Shown one piece after another: positions 21,401 through 33,473 of a DNA stretch of 64,000 nucleotides. The notes under the pieces are model-generated. The model had not been told where the DNA came from and made no database searches. It saw nothing but the letters and a program-made list of their open reading frames with translations. The position numbers and the translations under genes were made by a program. Position 1 is the first letter of the stretch. The number at the start of each line of letters is the position of its first letter. The stretch is from Haliotis cracherodii (Eukaryota), in contig NW_027266268.1 in NCBI RefSeq assembly GCF_022045235.1, positions 6,138,001 to 6,202,000 of the forward strand, given 5' to 3'.

Positions 21401-23370
21401 GGCAGAAGAAGATTTGAAAGTCCATCAGTCTGTCAGAAAACACTCGTCCATTCGAAAAGCCACGAAACCAATGTCCCGACATCATTGAAGTCAAACTTGA
21501 TAAAATCAATTTCAGAACACGCACAATTCAGAAAACCATACACGAACCACTATTTCTGGGCCACGAATGTCTCATTTTATTTACATTCTGGCTTGGAATC
21601 CATGAAATCTTGAAATTGACAGGTCACACCATGCAAATAGGCCCTACCTCGTGTCAAAATGTCCGGCTCGTCTGAAGGCTAAAATGCGTTAATGCTGAAC
21701 CACATCATAGATCGGGGTTGTCATCTTGCTTCATTTAACTAGTTACAGAGAATATAAACAAGATTGTCAGCCATTGACAGCTGCGAGGTGTGAGGAACCA
21801 TGATGTAGGTCAAGTTCTGCCACATCCCAGTTCGGGGTGGAGACATGTATTTTGATGTTATTATTGTTTACTGGGGGTAATTGCTAACTAACTAATAACA
21901 CTTACTCATGTTAAATGTATAATATAATGTTAATTCATTAAGTTTGTTGTAGAAATATATACGTTTAGCATTTTAAGACCCTTTTGTTCAACCTGTCACC
22001 CCTACGATGGAAATGGCATGTTCGATTTCCAAGAAATGACCTCTCTCCCATAAAAGACATCGCCAGTGCAGAACGGGGTGGTAGAAATTAACACATTTGT
22101 CTTTGGACATAGTTTTGAGTGTGTGTTTTTTTTTGTCAACTTCTTTTTTTTTTAAACTATGAGTTTTAAACACTTATTTTGAACTACTTAAGACTATGCT
22201 GTTTTTAAGCTTGAACTTGAGTAATAATTCTTACATATATAACTACCTGTGACCACTTCTCGGAATATTCTAAGATTGCGGACCTGCGTTACTGTGTTGT
22301 AACACGTTGCAAGAGAGCACCGTTTTCAAACCGTTGGTGCCGTCATGGTAGAATGGAGATAAACCTATCTACATGTACTCTACAGTGGGACAATATCAAA
22401 TTTTAAAACGCATAAGGTTTATCTCTTAATTGTGCCCGTGCCGTGTCGTGTCGTGCCGTGCCGTGCCTGACCTGACCTGACCTTAACAATTCATCTCGCG
22501 CTAATCGACCATCGCTGGAAGAAATCCACATTTGACACACATTCCTAGGATTCAAATGCCATGAATACGAAGATAAGGAATTATACCAACTAAAACAACT
22601 GACAGATTTGATTGTTTTGGATTTTGTTATTGTCGCATCATCATTATTCCTTCTATTTCACAGCAACCTTGAAATAACCGAGTCTGGACCAGACAAACCA
22701 TAAGGATCGATCCAGACCCGTGAAGATCCATGGTAGAATACGTCTTCAGCAACCCATGCTTGCCGTAAAAGGCGACCATGTTGTGGTAAGAGGCGACTAA
22801 CGGGATCGGGTGGTCAGGGTCGCTGATTTGATTGATGCATGTCATCGATCTCGCGTCGATCGATGCTCATGATATCAATCACTGGATTGTCTGATGCAGA
22901 TTTGATTATTTACAAACCGCCGTCATATAGCTGGAATATTGCTGAGTGTGGCGTTAAACAACAAACAATCCGACCACAATGAAATAATGTTTAAATTTAC
23001 TTTAATGACCTTGAATATGACCTTGTTAGTTGATGAGAGTTTCATTAGAAAGAACACTATCTCGGATTTCCATACATCCATCAATTCTATTCTAGGTCAT
23101 CTTCTATTGACCGACCCGAAGCTTGGACTCAAGTGCTACTTCGGTCCCGCAACCCCCTACCAATACCGCTTGAGGGGGCCGGGCACGTGGTCGGGGGCCC
23201 GGGAGGCCATCATGACCCAGACAGATAGAATGGAGTACCCCTTTAAGACCAGACCTCTCCCTGAAAGTACACAGAAACAGTCGTCCCACAGACTCCTCAC
23301 ACTGGTGTTGCTGGTGCTGGTCATTGCCGTCCTTTACCAACTTTTTAAAAGCGATGTGACGAGTTTGTAG
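15906..23370 (+). CDS. FMO5: FMO5-like copy B; join(15906..16163,18727..19092,19308..19862,20097..20262,23096..23370), 539 aa
   Basis: Same motifs and exon phases as copy A; GT-AG introns; open frame. Confidence 0.95.
16290..16545 (+). mobile_element. Penelope-like element terminal remnant with a hammerhead-like motif
   Basis: CTGATGA-A-GGAGTA...TACTCC-GAAAACGTT at 16453-16487, followed by AATAAA; short inverted repeat 16298-16318/16385-16403; absent from the other paralogues' intron 1. Confidence 0.5.
20572..22430. mobile_element. Non-autonomous element with a 13-bp TIR (TAGGTTTATCTCC) and a ~55-bp terminal direct repeat
   Basis: TIR 20610-20622/22355-22367; direct repeat 20572-20626/22376-22430; unique to FMO-B intron 4. 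Confidence 0.5.
21196..21361 (-). mobile_element. SINE family 1
   Basis: Near-consensus copy; TSD TCATGGGATTGA at 21184 and 21362. Confidence 0.9.
22716..22968 (+). mobile_element. SINE-like family 3
   Basis: Sequence match to the family. Confidence 0.8.
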
Positions 23371-25414
23371 AGTGCTGTTTACTCGCTGTTGTGTAGTCTT
23401 ACATTCAAATATTTACACTTGGGAAATCAAGATCAGGGAAATATCATTACTACCATTTGTTCGGCCTTTTATACACGAACATCCTGCTGAATTTACCAGT
23501 AACTTTTACATTATATTTACACACTTTTGTATGTCGTGTGTGCATTTATTTGCATGTATGTCTTTGTAGCTTGCCCGTCTTTTGGGTAGCTACAAGTTCG
23601 GGAATCGGGAATCGTGAGGGTAAAAGCAGTCGTTGGAGAAGAAATCAGTGCCAAAATAAAACTATGAAACTTGTCAAACATTCGATGGGACAGTAAGTAA
23701 ATGGAGTTCAACCACTGGGGTACCTCATTCTGAATGAGATATCACTCGAATATGTTGACTCCGAAGTGAGTGAGTTTGGTTTAACGCTTCTTTGAACAGT
23801 ATTCTAGTTATATGACGACGTGTCAGCTTAATGCTGAAGGAAAGTCCCAAGTGATGCAGGTCTCAGACATTTACCACAGTGTTGAAACCCACGACCACGG
23901 GTGTCGTGCTGACTGAACGAGAAAATTTTGGGGCGAAACGGGATTCGAACCCACGATCATAGGTTGCTGCCGTGTTCAAGGGACTTAACTCTGCACAGCG
24001 CAATCAACAACTTCGAGTGATTTCTCAGACTTGTTGACTTCCCAGATGGTTGATACATTTATTTATTTTTGCATAATGGCCTATAGTTGGGTCAGTTGTA
24101 CTTGTTAAAATGCACGTTCACAACGGCCAGTGAATTCCTGGCTCAGAATCAATAGCAACAACATGGCGTTATCATTATCTTTACTCAGTAAGACAAAGTT
24201 GTTGTGTGTTTCAAGTCAATAGAGGACTAGTGTTGTATGAACTGTGATTCAAATGTCTATGTCACGTTGGGAACAACAACACAATTTTCATATTTTATCC
24301 AAGCTGCTTCAGATTTCCATTGTGATATGTTAAAGGGAAATCTGAAAAGGAAATGTACGCCAAACAAAATTTTGATGCATGTTTTAATTCGGGTTTTCTC
24401 AAATCGAACAACTACCGATGGGAGTTCAAAGATGGGAGAGGCTGTCAATACAGAAGCTGGTCACACAACAGGTGGCTTGATCCGGTGTCTGTTAATCTGT
24501 TTAAAATGTCGCCACAGAAACCTATACCTGTGTAGAATCGAAAAACGCTCTGTACGTGTATTTGGATCGCGTCAGCTGTGTATTAAAACTGACAAATTAC
24601 TGTCAGTGTTGTTGATTTATGTATATTCGCCTGTTAGTGGAACTCACGCTGTGTGAGTCTGTTTATTGCGTATTTACATCCTTAATTCTTTAGCTTTGTT
24701 ATTATTGCCTAGTGTTAATAAATCTTTCAGCTACCAGTTGGTTTATCTTTGTCAATGCGCCTTTATGCAATCGGTTGGTCTGTTTATTTAATTTATTTAT
24801 TTTTCGATTTCATATGAGAGTATTCAATCCCGCACTTGACAATTACGCGACGACTCCTCTGCTGTACAGTTGGGATTGACGTCATAATTAATTAACCTGG
24901 GCATTTGTTATAAAAAAAACAAGTCATTCTTCGTGGTTTTGTAATCAAAACCCAAGAAAAATCAAGCTTGGGGAAGTCAGTTTTTGAGGGTCTCCAAGAA
25001 GGGCCCTAAGCCTTGTTTTCAGGAAACTACACAAAACAAGTTGTGGGTGAGGCGTTTCTGAGTGAAGCAGTGCCAGCATTAAGTGTTATTTTTCTCGAGT
25101 GAGATAACGAGTTTATATTGTCAGATAAATACAGTATTTCATAACTTAAAAACACCATAATGTCACCCGAGCATGTGCAAAAAATATTGACCGCGTTGTG
25201 CCTTGGTTCGTGGTTAGCACGAGGCTGCACATATTAACTACGGATCTGCAGTGCCCTCAATATGTTATATACAAGATGCACTATGCACCAACACACAGAG
25301 ATTATGCAGACTGCTTTAGTAATTAAAGTCGGACATGCACAGTCGGATCGCAAGCAGACTCTGTTGAGTGTGGTCCAAGTACAAGCCATACCCATGCCCT
25401 TGGTAAAATTTAAA

Positions 25415-25675
25415 ATGACCAAGCCGGTGGCGATCATCGGAGCCGGGTTTGTGGTTTCGTTGCCGTCAAATGTTTTGTAGGGAAACGTTCTAGACATTTT
25501 ATTTTGAGCGAAATGACGATATGGGGTCGGGGGATTATGTAATTTTACAGAACAAATCCGCCAGGATAAGGGGTGCGTGATGAGGTCGACTGTCATCATC
25601 ATCAGGAAGGAGATGATGTGTTACAGCGACTTTCCTATACCCAAAGAGTTCCCCAATTCCATGCATCATACGCAG
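25415..25675 (+). pseudogene. Orphan, frameshifted FMO exon 1 (exons 2-5 absent before copy C)
   Basis: MTKPVAIIGAG then frameshift and stop; downstream remnants [23 protein letters not shown] and donor CAG|GTTAAT. Intron-1 homology continues to about 26740. Confidence 0.9.
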
Positions 25676-26744
25676 GTTAATATTGCTTTTTGTCCCGTGG
25701 CTGGGTGTTAGTTTACATGAAATGGGGCACTGTATGGGTTGCATATTTTATTGAAAATGTATTCATGGTCATCTCTACGAGAGGTGACACTGATATTGTT
25801 ATTATTTATATTCGCCGCCTTGGGTAGCATAGCGTTTAAAGCGGTTGCTCGTCATGCCGAAGACCCGGGTTCAAAGTGTGAAGCCCGTTTCTGGTGTCCA
25901 ATTTATGGTGTTGCTGGAATATTGCCAAAAGCAGTGTAAAACCCACCTAACTCACCCACTCAGTAAGTCATGTGAGCCTGAATATTGTGCAGCTTGTTAG
26001 TGGTTTGTATATCCAAGTTTGTTTGCCAACACTGAATAACATGTTGCCTTATATTTACAATTAGCATAAGGAAGTTAAGTGTTCGAAATTGATTTCTCAA
26101 CAGCAGTTGCAGTATCTGCACACTGTTAACTATTTTACCAACATGGCTTGGAAGTCAACAAAAAACAATGTTCTGATGTGCGTGTAGCGGGGAGTTGTAG
26201 AACAAATTATTTAGATATCATAGTTAATTAAATCAATACGGGCCACCTCAAGTGTATTAAATGAATGTTCACATGTTTGTCTGGTCCAATCTGCATTAGT
26301 TTCAGATTAGCTGCATCATCATCCAACATGCACTCACTTGTGACTCCCTGTCAGAGTTACTTCACTTAAAAGGATGCCAAAAACGTTTGGCCGAAGGTTC
26401 GAACCCCAGCTTTTATGGCCTGAGCACCATACCGTACACGTGGGTTTCACCAAAATGTTGAACCGCTACGACCTGCATCACTTGGGGATTTCCTCCCACG
26501 TCAAACTGACAGCCCTGATATGAGTGAAATACAGTCTAATCGGTTTTAACACAACTCCCAAAGTCACTGAATTATTCCCCTGTCACATCAATTGATTAGC
26601 AGGAGTGGGGATCAGTAAGGATAAGGATTAGGGGGGAGAGGAGGATTCGGGGGAGCATGATGTGTGGCTGTTCGTTTATAAAAAAACGTCTCTTCTATAC
26701 ATTACTATACATTACAGTAAAATATATTTACAAACACAACATAT

Positions 26745-29701
26745 ATATCTGTTCCAAGAGCTTCTCCAAATGACTTTATATACTTTTTTATCCACTCTTT
26801 TGCGCCATCCCAACCACAAGGCAGTGTTGGGGCTGAACTACCACCACCGGTTAAAGCAGGAACCAAAGTTGATAAAATAAATCCCAAAGCAGTTAAAATA
26901 CTGGTAATGGTAATTCCCTGTTCTCTGAACAATATTTTAATTCTTTCAGCCAGGGCAGTATCACTATTGAGAACTTGACCAATAGTTACCGGAATTCGAC
27001 TGATTTGTGATCGAAGTGCTTTTCTATTAGTGGAAGCTGCTTTCAAGTGGGCTTATCTTTCGTCTTCCAAGCTATGCAATCTTTGTGCAATATGACTACT
27101 AAATTCATCTTCTGCCTATGTAAGTTATATTTTCTCAGAAGCTATATCCTTGTCGAGTTCATCTAGCTTAGCTTTATTATTGAGGAGTGATCCCCGCATT
27201 GTTTGCATTGCCTTCTCTAATACTGTACTCCAAAGATGTCTGTGATGCAGAATCATCATAGGTAGCCAAGAGGTCTTCAAGCCCATCTGAAGCCTCTTCA
27301 GCATGTTGTGGTATGTCTTTCAAATTATCTTTATCTATGGCAGATGCTATTGCACCAATTCAGTGTTCACTGTGTGAAGAACCAAAGTGGTCTTTGCAGA
27401 AAGTTTTTCTTATAAGCTGTCATAGTCTACAAAATCATTCAATTCAAACTTTTAATGATGTTGAAACTGACATACATGATACAATCTAATTTACGGAAAG
27501 CCACAGGATCCAGTGGGCCCCAAGCCAATGCTCTCTCCGTTTTATGCACTGTCAGAGGGAAAGAAAGTCGCGAGATAACATTCATTGTACTAGGCTAGAC
27601 AGCAACTGCTCTACTCGGCTATGAGATCTCAACAGGTATTGAGATAAATGTTCACATAGTGTACAACAATGAAAATTTGGAGAAAAAAACATGCAAGTCT
27701 GTGCTGATGGGAAAACCTGTGGCTTGCGGTAAGAGTTGTATCGGTGAATATTGTGGTATACATGACATGGCAATACGAAAAGGACATGTAAACCAGACAT
27801 GATCTGTATGCGGAATTGGAGTCAAAGGTAGGTATTGTTTATGTAAAGCTGATGGAGATGATAAAATACGAAATCAGATTGTTTATGCAAGGAAAAGGTA
27901 GTACCTCCAGGAGCGAAATTTATTGGGTAGAATTAATATTTAGACGAGTAAAGTGTTTTGACTAGTTGTGTATTATCATACCCTAAGAAAAAACATTTTG
28001 AGATTGACTTTGCATTTAATTATAATGTACAATGACAACTGTCAGAGAACTGAAAGCTTTGGCAAAACATGATGGCCTAAGAGGATATTATAAGAAAAAG
28101 CAAGCCATAATTAACGTTAAACATAATGATGATAACTTTTTAAAATGGGCATGAAGGTCTGCCTTATTTCAAGTAGATTCAAAAAACGTCCAGATAGACT
28201 TTTGCCCTATCCCGGAAATGGTGGACTCAACTTTGAAGGTATAGATCCACCTACAACTATGTCACAAATTAATAATGAAGAAAAGCAAAATAATTTAAGT
28301 ATAAATGTTTTCGGACATTCTAAAAGAGCTGTTGTACACCACATACGCTCTGCCCCAGAAAGTATTCCCAGAATCAATTTATTTCTGGTTGAAAAGATGG
28401 TAATTATCATCATTCATGGATAAAGAGTTCAAGCAGACTATTATGTAACCAAACAACTCATAAGGAAAAGAAATATTTCTGTGAAAGATGTCTGCATGGG
28501 TACTGTTGACAAGACTGTAGAGATTTTAGGCAGACTATTATAAGCATTGATATGCTGAAAGAGGATAAAAATATCTTAAAATTTGATCTGATTCGTAATC
28601 AAATGCCAGTACCATACATTATTTACACTGACTTTGAAGCTCTTAAAATGCAGATTGAAAATCCTGGACACAGTACTGAATGCAGATATAAAACTCAACA
28701 ACTCAAGGTTTGTGGATTTGGATATGCAGTTATTAGGTATGATGGAAAAACCTATGCTTACAGAAAATCTCCCAGAATATCTACAAAATGAAGAGAGAAT
28801 ATTCAGGGGAAATGTATCATGAACGAAATCCATGTGTATGACAAAGGATGATTGGAGAGCCTATAAGAAGGCAACAAGTTGTCATGTTTGTAATAACTAT
28901 ACACTCTATAGAGACAAGGAAGAGAAAGTGAGAAAAAAACAAAGTAATGTACTTAGATTCATATATAGCGTACAGTTTCTGTAATCTTCTCTGGACAGTT
29001 CAGCTGATGCAACAATCCTGATGACTTTGTTATAACAAATCAATATACCAATCAGTTAACTCGACATTTGTTGCTGAGAAAGGGTATCTATACCTACGAA
29101 CATATACGAGTCCACATTTATTTATGCGAGCCAGTGCATTAGCTACTTCAGTTGAAACTTTTGAGGTTACAACGGTTCAGCCTCTTTATATGGACCAGTT
29201 ACATCTACTACAGTTAAAGCATATTTATATGTTTTACGTCTTACCTTATCATGTGGAAGAAATAACTGATCAGCCTAATGAAATTCATTAGTTATGGAAA
29301 TATTAAACCGTTTCCTACTGTAACTATCGCCAAGGCTCGCTAAATACAATGTTTATTCCTAATACAGGATATTTACCATCCCCATACACACAAGCGTGAT
29401 AACCTCTATAACAATAAACAATTACAAGCCAACAAAAGAAGAAAAAGCTGCCAAGGAATTTATGCACCGAGTCAAAATTATCAAATGGCGAGAAATACCA
29501 CAAAGCAAATATCTTATCATGGATGTCAAGCCATCCAAATATGGTTATCAATTGTTTCTTTACATTTGTGAAAAAGGAAAAGGGTATTCGATCTGGTCAC
29601 CTGGAAAAATAAACGAAGAACTTAGAAAAAAAATTGGACATAAATATGTCCAAAATAATGGTATGCACGTGAGAAACAACAATAGAGACTATTTTATTTA
29701 A
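26745..29701. mobile_element. Decayed Polinton/Maverick (adintovirus-like) relic: protein-primed DNA polymerase B fragments (+, ~28030-29105) and a hydrophobic ORF fragment (-, ~26745-27050)
   Basis: AIINVKHNDDNF, LNFEGIDPPT...EKQNNLSINVFG, FCERCLHGY, QMPVPYIIYTDFEAL (ExoI-like) and LLRKGIYTYE; LFREQGITITSILTALG fragment; many stops and frameshifts. Confidence 0.75.
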
Positions 29702-29802
29702 AAAATTGCTTTAAAGATTATTTTATAAAATAGCAACAAAGTTATGATGGCATGTGGTACCATATAATGTTTGTAAAGGATATTGTGTTGGCGCATAATA
29801 AT

Positions 29803-30053
29803 GACCCGTGAAGATCCGGGGTAGAATAGGTCTTCAGCAACCCATGCTTCTCATAAAAGGCGACTAACGGGATCGGGTGGTCAGGCTCGCTGACTTGATT
29901 GATGCATGTCATCATATCCCAATGGCGTGAATCGATGCTCATGGCGTCAAGCACTGGATTGTCTGGTCCAGGCTCAATTATTTACAGACCGCCGTCATAT
30001 AGCTGGAATATTGCTGAGTGCGGCGTTAAACAACAATCAAACAAACAAACAAA
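29803..30053 (+). mobile_element. SINE-like family 3
   Basis: Sequence match; imperfect TSD CGCATAA(T/C)AAT. Confidence 0.8.
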
Positions 30054-32262
30054 CGCATAACAATATAAATTTATGTGGATTGGCATCATAGACCCATCGT
30101 TTAAAAAATGTTCACAGAACAGGGGAGAAAACAAGCACGCCAAGCATGTCTAGTGCTGGTAAGAATTTAAGAATAAATTGTATGCTCAATATAGGATGGT
30201 ATCTTGATAAATATTGATGCCATGCATGACAATCTAATGATTGACATAACACATAATTGATAAAATTTAATCTATTATCTGCTATTAATAGCTATATTGT
30301 CAAACTATCTTAGTTCACTTACATTTCTTTATTGAAAAAAAGAAGTTGATTGAATACACTGGTACTAATCTCTATATTGTAGCACTGGTACTAATCTCTA
30401 TATTGTAGCACTATCTTAAGTTTTCCCTACGCAAAGACTCTATTGCCCATTAATAATCTCTTCCAAACAGATTATACGGGTCAGTGATTACACTTAGCCA
30501 TTGAGACACCACTCATGCATGGTTTGACAACACAGGTTTAATTGTTAATCATGTACTTAAATCCTTAATGCTTTATGTTTGTTGTTATTGCCTCGTGCTA
30601 ATAAATCCTTAAAATGCAAGTCTCATGGGTATATACAACTTTGCCGAACTGGATAGATCGTAACCTCGCTAATGCAAATATCCTATTCGAAACGACCTAA
30701 ATAAGGTCTATTTGCACGTTTTACCTGTTTATCAATATCAAAGGCTGAAATGAAAATGCAATGGAGGCAAAGCTTTTATATACAGAGACTCCTTATTATG
30801 GTCATCTTGCAGGAAATTATCTCCAAAATTACACGCTTCATTGCACAAGCTACCTCAAGAATTACACACTTGATCGCACTACAAGCCGCCCCTCTGATCG
30901 CACTCTTGAAGGCAAGCCTCCGTTCATGGTCGGCTGCACACGGTCTCGGCAAAGATAACTTATTCTCTACCCTTTATAACCCTTAGACGTTCTCCTTTTC
31001 ACAAATAGCAATGGCCATTTGTACACTGCACTTTCACTCTTATGAGTGGGATTAAAGGATTAAAACATATCATTTATATCACAAAATTTAGGTCAATATT
31101 CAGTGAGAAAACTATGCGCAAAACATGCTATTTCTTTAATTGCGTTTATTGTTCACGTTACAGTTCTCATGTCATTTATTTTGTTGTAAGATTTTTTTTG
31201 TTTAAACTATTGGCTGATCTGTATATAAAATGATGAATCATAGTACTAACTTCGTTCCTTCTTGGAATATTGTGAGCTCAAATCAACATCCCGATATAAC
31301 TAACCCTGACAGTGACACTAGTTTACAAGTTATCATGGAATGTAATTGTTTCTTGGAAGTGATTTGGTGATTTGGTGATATCCTACTTGTACCGTGTGTG
31401 TGTAAGAAGAGGGCTCGTCTCAAATATAATGTTACATGGGACAAGTGATTGCAAAACACAGCTGTAGGTTGGTTCGTTTGTTTAGTTTATTTCCTCCAAA
31501 CCACAATATATCCTGTTGCAGTCTTGAAATAACACTATAAAGATGAAGTGACATGTATAGACCTGTGTCACTTGCTAAGGTGTTACATTACACTATACAC
31601 CTGCACATGGCTGATTGTTTTAGGGTACCTAGATTGACCTCTGCCATACATTATGCATTAATCTACTGTACTTGCATGTTGTTCTGTATTGCGTGAATGT
31701 AGGTGAGACAAATACTGTTCTAAACAATAAGTAGAACTGGCTTGTCAAAACATATGAGATTTACCTGTTGTGGTAATATCTCAGTCCTATTGGACTTAAT
31801 CCTTTTTATATTTAAGATGAAGTAATAAATTCCTCTTAAGCTAACCTTAATAAGTGATCTACTCAGATACAAGAGGATCATACACCTGATTATTTATACC
31901 TGTATAGATTTATCTAATGAACCATTTTAACATGAAAACAATTTATGTAATTCTACACAGTTCTCACTTCAGCTTCTCACGAAAATGAGAGATTTCTCAA
32001 TTTAAATCTTTTCACTAAATGGTGCATATTTTTGCCGTGATATGTGAAATTGTCACAAACATGGCAGTTTTGCAGAAAGTTGACATGGCAGAGAGGTACG
32101 CTCCAAGTACTCATTCGACATCACCTCAAGAACAAGATTAGGAATTTATGATAATTATGATATGATGATGGAGGGGAGGTGGCCAGAACCCGGGGGGTGG
32201 GGTGGGGGGGGGGGGGGAGTCTGATGGATGTGATGAAATAAGGATGGGGGTCTTTGTGACTG

Positions 32263-33020
32263 ATGCACAACTGCGAGCTCTACAGTCATGATCGACTTTA
32301 TATCATTCATGCCAGAGTAGGATCATCATGTTATCCTCTTGTGTATGCCCTGATGCCCAGCCGTAACACTGTTGCCTGTCGTCGTCTCCTGAGTAACCAC
32401 AAGATGCATGTTCAGCGTATTATAGGTCAACCTTTCTCACCAGATAGATTTTGAAATGTCTGCCACAATGATATGTGCAAGCTGTGTGGAGAAAGGTCCA
32501 GACCCTCGTACTAGTCGGAGATTACTGGGATGATCCCGAGGTTGAGAAGAGGGTTTGTCGTGCCTCGGCCTTGTCCCTTCTTCCCATCCCTCAAGTTCAA
32601 GATGGTTGGATCGAGGCTATGGAAAGCACCCCAGATTTGTCTGCTGTGCGCTTCAATGACTGCATTGTCCAAACATGGGTTGACGATGAGTAACTCTTCG
32701 CTATTCCATTCTGGAACCACCATGAGACATTCGGTCCTACAACCAACAACAGCCTTGGAGGCTTCAACAGTTGAAATCCAAACATTTTCCATCGAGATCA
32801 TGACGAAAATAAAAAATGCAAACAAAATGAAACTGTTCAGTTGGACTTTGGTGTTGCTCCTCCACCTCGCAGACATGTTTCCTGAGAGATGGACAACAGT
32901 CTTGGCAGACGTATGGACCAGTTGACTCATGGGGTCAAGACCAGTTGACTCATGAGGTCAAGACCAGTTGACACCAATGCAGTATTTGGATGCTGTGAGC
33001 AGACTGGTGAAATTGGGTTG
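32263..33020 (+). mobile_element. Mutator-like (MULE) transposase remnant
   Basis: LYIIHA...YPLVYALMP, QAVWRKVQ and WNHHETFGPTTNN motifs with stops and frameshifts. Confidence 0.75.
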
Positions 33021-33473
33021 ACTCTTGTTACATTATTTGAATGATTTGTGTGACTATTAAAGCCTATAAAACACAATGAAAGTCCGAAATTGGGTTGACG
33101 CTAGTAAATTGTTCGAATTGTGTGACTATTAAAGCCTGTGGCTATTTCTTTTATATGTCTTCTATTTTCGTGAGGTGTCTAACAAATGGGGTATGATCGG
33201 GACTAATCCATTTTACCACTTGGGTAATGGGCATTGTGTATTTGACATTGCGAGAACTCAACCTATTTCAAGGTATCTGACAAATAAGGAGAGACAGACT
33301 GATGTTGGCAGACAACTTCAGTAATTAAAGTCGGACATGCACTCTACCGCCAAACAAAGCCCCCAGAGTAACTGCCCTTTGTGCGCCAGTCAGCACGTAG
33401 ACACTGTTCAAAGTGCATGTTTCCAAAGTCAAAGTGACTTTCAACACAAGCCACACCCTTGGTAAGATTCAAA

